A stretch of 64,000 nucleotides of DNA from assembly GCF_016432865.1 (NCBI RefSeq), contig NC_067400.1, positions 610,266,001 to 610,330,000 of the forward strand. Direction: 5' to 3'. The position numbers and the translations under genes are program-made. The DNA comes from Antechinus flavipes (taxonomy: Eukaryota). The stretch's first letter is position 1. Each line of letters opens with the position of its first letter. Shown here piece by piece: positions 13,100 to 26,544 of the stretch. Under the pieces are notes generated by a model. The model was given only the letters and a program-made list of their open reading frames with translations. It was not told where the DNA came from and made no database searches.

Positions 13100-14135
13100 T
13101 GGGGTTTCATGAATGCTTTTTTTAAAGTGTAATGTGTGTGAACACCAATAGCACTATGGAAATGGCAGAAGATTGTACAAAGTACTTCCTAAAATAGTGA
13201 GAAGCAAAAGAAGTAAAAAAAAAAAAGTTTACAAAATATATTACAAAAGCCGAACCAAGCTAGATTAGCCCAGGAGCTTAATTTAAGGATGAAAGTGGAA
13301 GGAAAATAAGATAGACCCATAATTAAAAAGCTCTGTGAAGATCAACATAACAAACTTTTTTTAAATCGATGACCATGGAGCCATTGCATTTGAACTCAAA
13401 ATCAGTCTCTGGCACTAATTACATCAGGAAGTTGAAGGGCACCAGAAAAACAAAGAGGGACTAAACAGCATCCAAGGATGAAGTCTCTGCAGGAAATGAC
13501 ATGATTCTGAGAGGTATCTAAAAGGAGAGAGGATACCAAGTACCAGGAAAAAATAGGGAAGACAATTAAAAACGATCAATAATGAAAGATTTACAAACCT
13601 GCTTTCCCTTTCCTATAAAAATCTGAGAATATTCCATCCATACATTGAAGAAATCCATTTTTTATATTAGCTTTTTATTTTCAGAATACATGCAAAGATA
13701 ATTTTCAAGATTCATCCTTGCAAAATCTTGCGTCCCAAATTTTTCTCCCTTCTCCCACCTCCTCTCCTAGACAGCAGTAATCCAATGTAGGTTAAACATG
13801 TGCACTAATCATAGAAGACATCCTTAATGAAGACTTAAGAAGGGACTAGGCAGGTTTTTCTAACTGGTATTCTGTATTAGATCACATTTCTAGAGTTATA
13901 CAATTGCCTGAAAGGTACAGAGAATACAAAATCTCAGGAGACTTATTTTGTTTGTAGGTGATCTTGAAAAAACACAATCTGATAGAAACAATCTACTGCT
14001 TTAAATGCTGTCCTGTAATGAGCATAGATCCTGTATATATGTCAGAATTGTGCAAGATTTGTTGAAGGAAGTAACAACAAAAATAATGTTGTTCTGGAAC
14101 CCTCTGACGACCATTTCAGATGGAAGGCTCTCACC
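13100..14135 (+). mobile_element. RTE-clade LINE ORF2 fragment, interrupted by an L1 3' UTR piece at about 13660-13805
   Basis: Degenerate RT-domain text resembling LLFVDYKKAFDSIEQNA in RTE elements. Confidence 0.55.
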
Positions 14136-14218
14136 TAGGGTCTTGCTACTCTTCTAGGGAACATTCAGTGCAGAAGCCTAATGGAAGGGAGTCTTTCTCT
14201 GTGAGTCCCAGGTACTGG

Positions 14219-14577
14219 AAACCCACGAACCTTCGGCTGGTCATCTTGACAAGCTGGGCCTGTTCTTGCTCTGGTCACCCTGTAGCTGAATGACTTCTCT
14301 GTATTCTGGATGCTTAAGAACAGCACCAGTGCAGGCAAATTTCTTCTTGAATGCCTTCACTAGATTTTTTTATTTAATCATCAGCCATCCCTTGGGTGGT
14401 AGTGAGGGTCTTCCTGCCTTTGCTGCTGAATTCTTAGATGGATATAATCCTCAGTTCCAGCAGGAAGCAGCTCCTCATCTTTACTTGCATCAGCAAAAGA
14501 GTCAGAAGAATGGAAGTTCTGGATAGCAGACATGATACGATTCCTTTTTCTTAGAGGAAATGGCTTGCGGAAGGTAG
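14219..14577 (-). pseudogene. EIF1 (SUI1) processed pseudogene
   Basis: Intronless MSAIQNFHSSDSFADASKDEELLPAGTEDYIHLRIQQ/GRKTLTTTQGMADD/LVKAFKKKFACTGAVLKHPEYREVIQLQGDQSKN...DDQPKVRGF with frameshifts and a deletion. EIF1-like 5' UTR (AAAAGGAATCGTATC) precedes the ATG at 14533. Confidence 0.93.
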
Positions 14578-15237
14578 TGGTGGAAGAAGGTGGGCCCCCA
14601 TCCCCCCTCATGGTTGAGCTTCGGGAAATGAGGAGTCTCCCCGGGGAGAGGCTCAGTGACTGGAGGGAGGAAGTCTTTCCCCCCATCTCCTGTCCTCATC
14701 CCAGGGGTCTCCAGTATCCTTATTCATAATCCCTTTAGTACCTATCTTGCAGGATTTCAGTCTTTTCAGGCTCCTCTCTAGAACACCTAAGCTATATTTG
14801 GAGACAGTCACACCCTTGGCAAGCTTTACTCCGAAATTTCCTTGTCTGATCGTAATTTTGATATCATCATTTTTCTTTATGCCTTATGACCCTTACCCTT
14901 ATTCCCAGACCCCCATTCCCTCTGCCTCCGCTATCATTCTGGCACCAACTACATTCTTCTCCCTTCCTTGCTCAGTGTCTGGGTATGCTGGCCTTTGACT
15001 TGTCATTTATTCCTTGCCAAAGACCAAACCTGAATTACTCCTACTACTCACCTCCTCTCATACAGTGTTGTTCTTATCTACATATCGCATATGAAAAACA
15101 GCATTAAATGAAGTCATCAGACTGCTGACTTAGCCACTAGAAAGTTATATAACTTTCTTTACATGTTTTATTTTTTCCCAAGTAAAAAATATTTTTAAAT
15201 ATGTTCTCTTCATCTACTCCCTCTGGTAAACATTTTT

Positions 15238-16063
15238 TTTTTTAATAATTTTTTATTGATAGAACGCATGCCAGGGTAATTTTTACAGCATTATCCCTTG
15301 CATTCATTTCTGTTCCGATTTTACCCCCCCCTCCCTCCACCCCTTCCCCGAGATGGCAAGAGTCCTTTACATGTTGAATGGGTTGCAGTATATCCTAGAT
15401 ACAATATATGTGTGCAGAACCAAATAGTTTTCTTGTTGCACAGGGAGAATTGAATTCAGAAGGTATAAATAACCCGGGAGGAAAAACATAAATGCAAGCA
15501 GTTTACATTCATTTCCAGTGTTCTTTCTCTGGGTGTAGCTGCTTCTGTCCATCTTTGATCAATTAAGGCTCTCTTTATCGAAGAGGTCCACTTCCATCGG
15601 AATACATCCTCAAACAGTATCATTGTTGAGGTATATAATGATCTCCTGGTTCTGCTCATTTCACTCAGCAAGTCTCGCCAGTCCTCTCTGTATTCATCCT
15701 GCTGATCGTTCCTTACAGAACAATAATATTCCATAATGTTCATATACCACAATTTACTCAACCATTCTCCAATTGATGGACATCCTTTCATTTTCCAGCT
15801 TCTAGCCACTACAAACAGGGCCGCCACAAACATTTTGGCACATAGAGGTCCCTTTCCCTTCTTTAGTATCTCTTTGGGGTATAAGCCCAGTAGAAACACT
15901 GCTGGATCAAAGGGTATGCACAGCTTGATAACTTTTTGAGCATAGTTCCAAATTGCTCTCCAGAATGGCTGGATGTGTTCACAATTCCACCAACAATGTA
16001 TCAGTTTCCCTGTTTTCCCACATCCCCTCCAACATTCCCCATTATCTTTCCCTGTCATTCTAG
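15238..16063 (-). mobile_element. Young 5'-truncated L1 with target-site duplication
   Basis: ORF2 C-terminus (CWRGCGK...IHCWWNC...CPSIGEW, ORF 15456-16058), 3' UTR and poly(A). TSD TCTGGTAAACATTTTT at 15222 and 16064; TT/AAAA-type endonuclease site. Confidence 0.93.
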
Positions 16064-17953
16064 TCTGGTAAACATTTTTTAAAAATTCTCCTCAAATAAA
16101 TCCCCCCATATAGCTGCGTAGTCTGGCACAATAAATTTCCACATTAGCCATGTCTGAAAATATATGTCTCTGCATTTCACTTTGCATTTTTTTGTCAGAA
16201 AGTGAATAGTATATTTCATCTTCATTCTTTTGTATTAGTAGTACTTATTATTGTTGGCCAAAATTCTAAATCTTTCAGTGTTTTTTATAAGTTATCATTG
16301 AATAGATTTCCTCGTAATTCTTCTCACTTAGCTTTGTATCAGTTGATAAAGCTTCCTATGGAATTGTTGTACTCATTTTTTATGGAATGAGAAAATCCCA
16401 TTACATTCATAAACCACAATTTGTTTAACCATCTCCCTTTTAAGGAGAACCTCCTTAATTTTGAGACGACTCTAAAAAGATCTTCTCTAAGTGTATTCCG
16501 TGCATATCACTCCTTTTCCTCTTTATCTTTTTTAGTGATATTGCTGGATGAAAGAAGATGCACATTTTCATGACTTTCCAGAATAGCTGGCCTAATTGAC
16601 AACTCCACCAACAATGCACTAATGTAACTATTGCCCTATAACTTCGGCCATTTTCCTTCCCTCATCTTGGCCAGTCTGAGGGGGATGAGGTAGAATTGTT
16701 ATTATTTTCATTTCTCTAATAATTAGTGAATGACAAATATTTTTCACATGATTATAAACAATTTGAATTGTGTCCTTTGCAACCTGCCTTTTTAATATCC
16801 TTTTGACTATTTTGGGGGAATTGTTTCTTTTTTACAGGGTGTCCCAAAATGTTTTAAACTATGCTAAGTCCTTTGAGACATGCTGTATGTTTTGGAAATG
16901 AGATCTTTAACAAGAACCAGATGTTACAAAGGATTTCCCTCTTTAATTACTTTTTCCCTTCTGATTTTCTACTATATTAGATTTGTTTGTGCAAAAATTT
17001 TAAAATTTTATTTGGTTAAACCTGTCCTTTTTATCTTGTGTGATATTCTCTATTCTTGGTTTAGTCATGAACTCTTTCTACATCCATAAATCTGAAGAGC
17101 CATTTCTTGCTCCTCTGACTTGTCACTTTAAATATCTAAACAATTTATCCATTTGGAGTTTTTCTTGGTGTATGGTTTGACGTGTTGGTCTAGCCCTAAT
17201 TTCTGCCAGAAATGCTTGCCTATTTTCGGCAATTTTTGTCAAGTAGTGGGTCCTTGCCGTAGTTCCTGGCCGGGTCTTTGGGTCTCTCAGACACTGAGCT
17301 GCTGACTTGGTTTGCTTGTGGGTGGTGTGTGCCCTGATTGCCCACACTCTTTGTGTTGCCCTGGCTCTGTGACCCAGGTCTTCTGGGACCGGCCATCCTC
17401 CCCCAGGAGCTCCTGCAGGAGGCTTTCCCACTGAGTCCTCCTGGCTGCTAAAGCCCGCCCCCTTTGCACCCCTTCATCTGCACCTGGTTGTGTGCACCTT
17501 GGTTTGAATCTCCACTCTTTGTCAGAGCCTCAGCACTTAGCCTGATGCCCGGCACATGACTGATTCCATCAAGGTTTCATAGCCTGTGGTCCTGGGAACT
17601 TGTTTGGGGAAAATGCCGCTTTTTTATCTTCACTCAATCCGGGTGAAAGTTAGTATTTTATTCAGTTCTTTAAAAACCTTATTCTGCAGAGGAGTCCACA
17701 GACTCCCCTTGACGGGCCGAGGGCATCTGTGACCTGGCAAAGCTGAGCCCCCCAGATGTTCTTGTTGGTGGGTGATGTCTTGGCTGCATTGAGCCTCCTC
17801 AGAAAAATTGGTCGTCACCCAGCATTCAGCCTCGCCCTCCCCACAGGAAGTAAACAAGCAAACAGAGAATTCGGGCTTTACTGTTGGGATTCTAACTTGG
17901 AGACACAGTTGGCCAGAAAACCCGCAGAACTGGCCCGTCATGCCGTAGATCTT

Positions 17954-18632
17954 TTTTTTTTTTTTAAATAACTTTTTATTGATAGAACCCATGCCAAGGT
18001 AATTTTTTATAGCATTATCCCTTGCACTCACTTCTGTTCCGATTTTTCCCCTCTCTCCCTCCACCCCCCTCCCCAAGATGGCAAACAGTCCTATACATGT
18101 TAAACATGTCTCAGTATATCCTAGATACAATCTATGTGTGCAGAACTCTTGTTGCACAGGGAGAATTAGATTCAGAAGGTAAAAAATAACCCGGGAAGAA
18201 AAACAAAAATGCAAGCAGTTTACATTCATTTCCCAGTGTTCTTTCTTTGGGTGTAGCTGCTTCTCTGTCCATCATTGATCAGTTGAAACTGAGTTAGATC
18301 TTCTCTTTGTCAAAGAAATCCACTTCCATCAGAATACATCCTCAAACAGTATCATTGTTGAGGTATATAATGATCTCCTGGTTCTGCTCATTTCATTTAG
18401 CATCAGTTTATATAAGTCTCTCCAGGCCTCTCTGTATTCATCCCCCTCGTCATTTCTTACAGAACAATAATATTCCAAAACATTCATATACCACAATTTA
18501 CTCAACCATTCTCCAATTGAGGGGCATCCATTCATTTTCCAGTTTCTAGCCACTACAAACAGGGCTGCCACAAACATTTTGGCACATACAGGTCCCTTAT
18601 ACCTCTTTGGGGTATAAGCCCAGTAGTAGCAT
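17954..18632 (-). mobile_element. Young 5'-truncated L1 with target-site duplication
   Basis: Same subfamily as the 15.2-16.1 kb copy. 16 bp TSD TCATGCCGTAGATCTT at 17938-17953 and 18633-18648. Confidence 0.93.
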
Positions 18633-18899
18633 TCATGCCGTAGATCTTGAACAAGACAAGGCTTTGGTTTGGTTTTCTAAATATTTTAAATTCAGAACCT
18701 TGCACATATCCAATAAAATGGGCATTGCAGACCAGAAAAAGAGGTTTGGGCCTGGGAGTCCCTTATCTGCACTTTGCTTTCCTTTTCAATATCTACAGCT
18801 CGGCATGTGACCATGGAAGCTTGTCCTGCTTGTTGGTGCTTCCTTCCTCTGTCCTTTTCCTTACTTTTAAAAAATGCTTGAGGAACTCTCTTTTCCCCA

Positions 18900-19270
18900 C
18901 CTCAAAACTTGGGAAAAAAAGGTCCTCACCAACCCTTGCCCCAAAACAAAATCTTTGTACAAATGTGCATCCCCTGCGGTCTCTGTCCCCGCTTCCTTCT
19001 GCATTGGGCCATCGAGTCTTCTCTGGAGGTGCCTCATGTTCCCCAGCAAGCGTGGGCGGTGGTTCCACTGAACACTGGAACAGACTCTTGGGACGGACTG
19101 CGTTGGAACAGGAGGAGAGTGGGCCGGTTGGCCTTTGGGAAATTGCAGGCTGCTTTTAATGGCCACCACCAACTTTCCGAAGCAAAGGCCTTTCTTTTTA
19201 ATGTGAACAGTTGTCAGGAGAGGCTGTGTTTGTTAAATGTGCTAGCCACGTGATGATGGAGATGTGAGAT
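18900..19270 (+). mobile_element. RTE LINE ORF2 3' fragment
   Basis: RRRVGRLAFGKLQAAFN...EAKAFLFN resembles the RTE C-terminal region. Confidence 0.6.
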
Positions 19271-19399
19271 CGGCTCTGGCCTGGAGAAGCTTAAAGTGTC
19301 CGGGGGTGGTCAGTCCTCCCAGCTCCGGGCATGTGCAAAATGAATGTGCAGGGGTCTGGAGGGAGGCCCCGGCAGCCGGGGGGTCCGCGGTGGCACTTT

Positions 19400-20720
19400 A
19401 GCTGAACCTTAATGGGAGCTAGTGGTTCCAAGGGACCAAGGTCAGGAAGGACAGGAGGTCAGATACAGGGACAAAGTGTGCAAAGGCACAGAGGGGGGAG
19501 ACTGGATGTCATTTACGGGAAACCTCGGATCGGTCAGTGGCTGGACATAGCATGCAGTCGTCTTGGAAGGATGGGGAGAACTTGGTTGTGGAGGGCTCTG
19601 CATGCCTTGTGTAGGAGTATGTGCGTTATATGCTAGAGGGAATGGGGAGCCACTGCAGGTTCTGGAGTAGGGGGGTAATGGTATAATGGTATGAATGCCT
19701 CTTGGTCAGAGGTGTTTTGTTTCTGACCGAGGGATAAATCCTGAAAGCAGGAGACAAGTTAGGAGGTTCTTGCAGTGGTCCAGGAGAGAAGTGTTCCGGG
19801 CCTGGACTTAGGGCGACTGTGAGGTGAGTTGGGGGAGGAGCTGCGATGAAGTCTTGGGGAGCAGCATCAACAAGACATGGCACCTTGGTGGGGGAGGATT
19901 GCACAGGTGTTATATTTGAGATGCCAGGATGTGGAGAAGTCCTGGAGGGAGAGGCAGGCCTAGAGCTTGTGAGGAGGCAGTGTGGTACAGGGGGAAGAGC
20001 TCTGACTCCAGAGGCAAGGAAGCTTGCTCCTCTATATTTGGGGGCCAGTCATTTCGCTTCCCTGGGCAGCCCCAGGTAAGCCCCATCTGTAAAAGGAGGG
20101 GTTGGGCTCAGCAACTTTTGGGGTTCCTTTCAAGTCTGTTCCTAAAAGCTATGAGGAGGGGAAGACCTGGGTCTGTAGAGATAATGGTTGGACTCAGGGA
20201 GATGACTGAGCTAGACCATGTGCAGAAGGCCTAGGCAGAGGCTTGGCGTTCACCCTTGCCCATGGACCTGGATACAGATGATGAACCCGGAGGGGAGCTG
20301 AACAGACCCAGTCAGGAGGGAGGAGAAAGGATCCGGGGAAGAGGGGAGAGCCTTTGGTACGAGGAGGAGGAGGAGGAGGAGGAAGAAGAGGAGGTCGTTG
20401 AACTGGCAGTGAAGAGGTCGTTGGTGACCTTGGAAGGACTGGTTTATTTGGGTGCTGGGACTGAAGCTAGATGGCAAGAGCTAAGAAGGAAGGCAAGGTG
20501 GGAAGTGGAGGTGGTCAGTGATCCCACCGGGCCTTTTCTAGGAGTGTGGCTCTGACAGGTGAAGTGGTACAGGGCTGAAGCTCAGAGAGGAAGTAGGAGC
20601 AAACTGAATGATGGGGGAGGTGACCATGTTTGAGGTCAGCAGGGAGGAAACTCAGGGTGGAAAGGAGAAGTTGAAAATGAAGGCGAGAGGGGTCACATGA
20701 TCAACAAGATGGCAGACATA
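19400..20720 (-). mobile_element. L2 LINE fragments with an internal (GAG)n tract
   Basis: GGGGAGCCACTGCAGGTT and related L2 antisense signatures; (GAG)7 at about 20361. Confidence 0.55.
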
Positions 20721-20899
20721 AGACATTTTCTCTGACCCCCATGATCTTTCAGCGTTCCCTGAAACAAAAATTATGTGCCAAAGATAAAGCATCCTCAATT
20801 GTTTCCACGGTCTGGGACACCCAGACCATGAATCAAATAAAAGGAGAGCTGCCTACTCTTGCCCTCCTCCCCCATCCCCCACCTCTCAAAAAAGAGCAA

Positions 20900-23800
20900 C
20901 AACTGGTGTTCCCCTGCCCCTGAGTCAGGGAGGGGCACTAGGAGATCCAAGGACAGCAGCCAGGCTGACATCAGAACTTGCTCCTGTATCCCAGCCTTCC
21001 CTCGTTCCAGTGCCACAAAGACCCTAGCTCCAAGCTGGGGAAGTTTGCTCAGGCCTTGACAGTCAACTTGGCCAGAGATCTTTAGGAACTAAAGCCTGTT
21101 GGGAGTGCAGCCCAGAAGCACTAGTGCTCAAAATCTCTGAACTGCCGGTGTTGGACCGTAGATCTGGGAACAAAAAGAGTGGGACAGGATTGCCATGCAC
21201 GTGGAGGGCTGTGCAGGACTCCGCCAGGCCTAAGGGGAAAAACACAGCTTCCAACTGGGGCTATTTCTGACCACTCAAAAGTTAGTGGGCCAGAGACCTA
21301 GACTGGCAAACTGTGAATTGCCCAGTCTGGAAGGATGTTGCTATGCTTTGAAATCCATCCCCCAGAGAAACCCAAACCAGAAGGGAAGGAATAAAAAGTG
21401 AGTGATCAGAAAAGTAAGTGGTGAGGGGGGAAGACTCAACATACTAGAGATCTCAGGAAGAAGAAACTTCAAAGGCCTTGAATAAAAACAGATAAATCAG
21501 CAGGACCAACAGCAGCAACAGAAGGAAATAGAGCTTCAGGTCTAGTATACAATTTTAGGGATCTCTGAATAAATACTGCAAAATGCAGTACTTGACCAGA
21601 CAGTGGACCCATGTTTTGAGAACATGGAACTACAGCTCACAACTCCTGAATTGTTTAAAAGAGAAATGAGGATTATGAGAGGAGAATGTATTTATCTCAG
21701 AGCAGAAATAATGAGCAGAATAGGAAAAATTTGACTCTGTAATGGCAAGCCTTACCAAAGAATAAAGGACAGAACAGTAGATTGGTAATGCAAATATTCA
21801 AAAATGAAGGAGAGAAGAAGAGAAGCAAAACCCCAAAACATTAAAGAAAATGTGCTTAAGGTGCAAACAAAAATTTAAAAAAAATACCTTTTTATTTTCA
21901 ATATACATGCAAAGCTAGTTTTCAGGATTCACCCTTGCAAAACTTTGTGTTCCAAATTTTTCTTCCTCCCTTCCCCAATCCCCTTCCCTAAACAAGTAAT
22001 CCAGTATATGTTAAACATATACAATTCTTCTATACATATTTACACATTTATCTTGCTACACAAGAAAAATCAGATCAAAAAGGAAAAGAAATGAGGAACC
22101 CCCCCAAAGCAAGCAAACAACAATAAAAAAGATGAAAAAACTTTGTTATGATCTACATTCAGTCCCTTCATCTTCTCTCTGGGTGTAGATGGCTCTCTCC
22201 ATCACAAGTCTATTGGAATTGGCCTGAATCACTTCATTGTTGCAAAGAACCAAGTCCCTCACAGTTGATTGTCATATAAGTTTGTTGTTGCTGTGTAACA
22301 GTGTTCTCTTGGTTCTACTCACTTCATGTAGCATCAGTTCATGCAAGTTTCTCCAGGCCTTTCTGAAATTAGCCTGCTTGTCATTTCTTATAGAACAGTT
22401 ATATTCTATTACATTCATATACCATAATTTATTCAGTTGTTCCCCAGCTGATAGACATCCACTCAGTTTCCAGTTCCTTGTCTCTACAAAAAGGGCTGCT
22501 TCAAACAAAATGTACAGATCTTGAAGACAGGATGCATAGATACATAAATGAAGACAGGATGCATAGAGAACCTAAGGATAATAGATCTCCTGAATATGAT
22601 AGGACCAAAATATCTTTACACCACAACGAAGGACATAAGAGAAATAAAAGAAAACCTTTAAAAATATAAACTATCCAAACTATCAGAAGATCAGATAGAG
22701 ATTTTTAATAATCCAATCTCAGAAAAGGAATTAAAACCTCCACACTCTTGTACCTGATAGATTCTCAGGAGAATTTTATCAAACTGAATTGAAAAAGAAA
22801 GAACCCTATCAGAATCTTTTTGAGACAAATATAGTCCTAATGCCTAAACCAGGGAAAGATAAAACACAGAAAGAAAATGATAGGCCAATATCCTTAAAAA
22901 AACATTGAGTCAGAGATTTTAAGCAAAATCCTATCAAATAGACTACAGCAATTATTCAAGATAACATTTATTATAATTCTTTTACAAGGATGCAATGATA
23001 GTTCAACATCTGGAAAACGATCAACTTAATTTCATTAAAAACCAAAATATCTCAAACCACATGGTCATTTTAATAGATTCAGGAAATGCTTTTGATAAAC
23101 TACAATACTTTTATGTTTAAAAACCCCATAAATTGAGGGACTTTTAAAAAATATCATAAAAGGTATCTTATCTAAAACCAAAAACAAGCTTCATATGCAA
23201 TGAGGATAGACTAGAACCTTTTACAATAAATATGAGGGTGAAGTAAAGGTGCGCAGTCTCCCTCCTGTTGTTTGAGGGTTCTGAAAATGCTAGCAATAGT
23301 AATAAGATAAAGGAAAAATAAAAAAGCCAAAAAAAAAAAAAAAAAAAAAAGAAACAAATAGGTAAAACTATGCCTGCTGATTGCTAATGATAGAATGGTT
23401 TACTTGGAAAACCCCAGGGAATCAGTAACAATACTGAGACAGTAATATCAACAAAGTTGCAGGCTACAGAATAAATCTTTAAAGATCAGTATTTCTATAT
23501 AATAACACAACAAAAAGCAAGAATAGAGATAGGAAACCCCATTCCATATTACTACTGGATGCATAAAATATCTGGGAATCAACTTCTCAAAGCACACAAA
23601 ACACAGATTCAGTTACAAAATGTTTCTTAAAGAAATAAAGCCTAAGTAACTGGTGGAATATTCAATACTCATTGGCTAGGCTGTGTCAGTATAATTTAAA
23701 TGATAATAATACCAAAATTAATTTAAACTTTTAATATTATACCAGTTAAATTAGCAAGGAAATACTTTATGTAGCTTGATAAAATAATACAATTCATTTA

Positions 23801-24230
23801 AAAAAACAAAAGATCTAGAATATCTAGACAACTGATGAAAAGAGGGAAGGCTAAAAGAGGAATAGTACCTTCAGATCTCAAACTGTATTAAAAAGTAACA
23901 GGTATCAAAATCATCTGGTATTGGTTAAAGAACACAGAGATGGATCAATAAAACACAATAAAACACGCTAGACAAAAGAAGATTGAGAAAAATAGAACTC
24001 AGCTACTCAGTGTTTGATAAAGTGAAAAACATAAGTTTCCACTGGGGAAGAACTCCCTATTTGATAAAAACTGTTGGAAAGTAATCTGGGAGAAATTAGG
24101 CTTAGACCAATGCCTTACATTGTATATCTACAATTCTAAATGGAAACATACCTCTACATTAAAGATCACACTGTAAAAATATTTTTATTATATATAGTAT
24201 ATGTGATATGTATTATATATATAAACATTT
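20900..24230 (+). mobile_element. Old degraded L1 (sense), interrupted by antisense L1 3' fragments
   Basis: A-rich ORF1/ORF2-like debris (AATAATCCAATCTCAGAAAAGGAATT, ATGATAGGCCAATATCC). Younger antisense 3' UTR piece at about 21890-22500. Confidence 0.65.
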
Positions 24231-24269
24231 CATATAACTCACAACTAAGGGTAAGAGATAAATTCTTTT

Positions 24270-25330
24270 TTTTTAAATAGTATTTTATTTTTCCAAATAC
24301 ATACAAAGATAGTTTTCAACATTCACCTTCACAAAATATCTTGTGTTCCAAATTTTTCTGCCTTTTCTCCCCCTCCCCAAGACAGCAAGCAATTTGATAT
24401 AGGTTAAACATATGCAGTTCTTCTAAATGTATTTCCATATTCATTGTGCTATGCGCACACACACACACACACACAAATCAGATCAAATGTGGAAAAAACA
24501 TGAGAAAGGGGAAAAAAAACCAAGCAAACAACAAAAGGTAAAAATATTATGCTTTGATTTATATTCAGTCTTCATAGTTCTCTCTCTGGATGTGAATGAC
24601 ACTTTCCATCAAAAGTCTATTGGAATTAACTTGAATCATCTCATTGTTGAAAAGAGCCAAGTCCATCACAGTTGATCAAAACCTTTCCTTCCAAATTTTT
24701 CTCCCTTCTCCCCCTTCCTAGACAACCGATATATAGGTAGTTAAACATGTGTAGTTCTTCTAAACATATTTCCACATTTATCATGTTGCACAAGAAAAAT
24801 TAGATCAAAGGGGAAAAAAGTGAAAAAAAAAAACCAGGAAAAAAAACAAGAAAAGGTGAAAATACTATGTTGTGAGTGTGGGAACTCTTAGTCCCCACAG
24901 TCCTCTCTCTGGATGCATCACTCTCTTTCCATCACAAGTCTATTTGAATTGGCCCAAATCACCTTATTGGGTTTTTTTTTAATTATAGCTTTTTATTTAC
25001 AAGATATATGCATGGGTAATTTTTCAGCATTGACCCTTTGCAAAACCTTCTGTTCCAACTTTTCCTCTCCTTCCCTCCTCCTTCCCCCCACCCCTTCCCC
25101 CAGATGGCAGATTGATCAATACATGTTAAATATGTTAAAGTATAAATTAAATACAATATAAGTGTACATGTCCATACTGTTATTTTGCTGTACAAAAAGA
25201 ATTGGACTTTGAAATATTGTTCAATTAGCCTGTGAAGGAAATAAAAAATGCAGGTGGGCAAAAATAGAGGGCGAATCACCTTATTGTTAAGAGCCAAGTC
25301 CATCAGAGTTGATCATCATATAATCTTGTT
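24270..25330 (-). mobile_element. Nested cluster of antisense L1 3' ends
   Basis: At least three stacked 3' UTR pieces. The youngest (24970-25273) is flanked by the 13 bp TSD AATCACCTTATTG (24957 and 25274). Confidence 0.8.
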
Positions 25331-25561
25331 TCAACTCACTTACTACCAGTTCTTGTAATCCTTAGAGATATATTCTTAACCAAACAGGAGATACAGGCAG
25401 TTACAAAAGATAAAATAGATAACTTTGATCACTCGAACCTGAAAAGCTTCTGCAACAAACCACATTGGTTCATGTAAGATAAAGGGAAAGTGGTAGAATG
25501 AGGGGAAAAACAAGTTTGTTTCAAATTTCTCTATAAGGGTTTGGTGTCCGAGATATAAGCA

Positions 25562-25562
<1 letters not shown>

Positions 25563-25606
<44 letters not shown>

Positions 25607-25621
25607 TGTGTGTGTGTGTGT
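25563..25621. repeat. (AC)21 directly followed by (TG)8, a self-complementary microsatellite
   Basis: Read directly. Confidence 0.95.
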
Positions 25622-26544
25622 AGATAAAGAGATAGATTAAAAGATTAATAGTCATTCTCCAGTAGATTAATGGTAAGAGGATTTGAGCAAATAATTGTAA
25701 AGTATTCACAACCACATGAAGAAAGTGTTTTAAATCACTGATAATAAGAGAAATGCAAATAAAACAACCATGGTTTTACTGCACTCCTCGGAAATTGGTA
25801 AAAAAAAAAAAAAAAAATTACAGTAGTTACTAATACATTGTTGGTTGAACTATGCAGTGATAACAACCATTTTGGAAAACATTTTGGAACTCTGCAAATA
25901 AAGTGACTAAAATGTCCATTTACTCCCATTAAGAATAAAGTCCCCATATATTCCAAAACATGTTTGAGACAGTTAAGATTTGTAAACAAAGTAGATGCTC
26001 ATCAATTGGGTAATGACTAAATAAATTGTAGTATATGAATGTAATGGAATATGACTGTAATGTTAAGAAGGGATGTGTGTGAGGATGAATACAGAGAAGT
26101 GTGGAAAGGTCTATGAACTGATTCAGAGCCAAGTTACACAGTAATAAAAACAATATAAATGGGAAGAACAATGACGCCAAAAAATCAAAAACGAAAGTAC
26201 AAAATTATAAGGTTCAAGTAGGACTTGAACCAGGAACAATGAGAAGTCACCACTGACACTGCTCTTTCATGGAGGTGGGAGATCACACTTTGCACGTGTT
26301 TTTGGACTTTTTCTATTTGTTGATCTGTTGTGCTTTTTTTTCCCCTCTACAAAAATATTTGTCATATGGGATGGCTCTCAGGGAACAGAGGGAAGGTTAC
26401 ATGAGACAATGGTGATATAAGAAATAAAATTTAAAAAAAGATTTTTAAAAAGAAAGAAAATTGGGGAGAGAGATGGGATATTTAAAGGGGCAGCCTGCTA
26501 GAGGAGAGTTGGGAGATTGACAGAGAGTTGGGAGTTGACAGAGA

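Noticed and set aside
20256-20555. Poly-Glu ORF
   Set aside because: (GAG)n expansion inside L2 debris; no splice or homology support.
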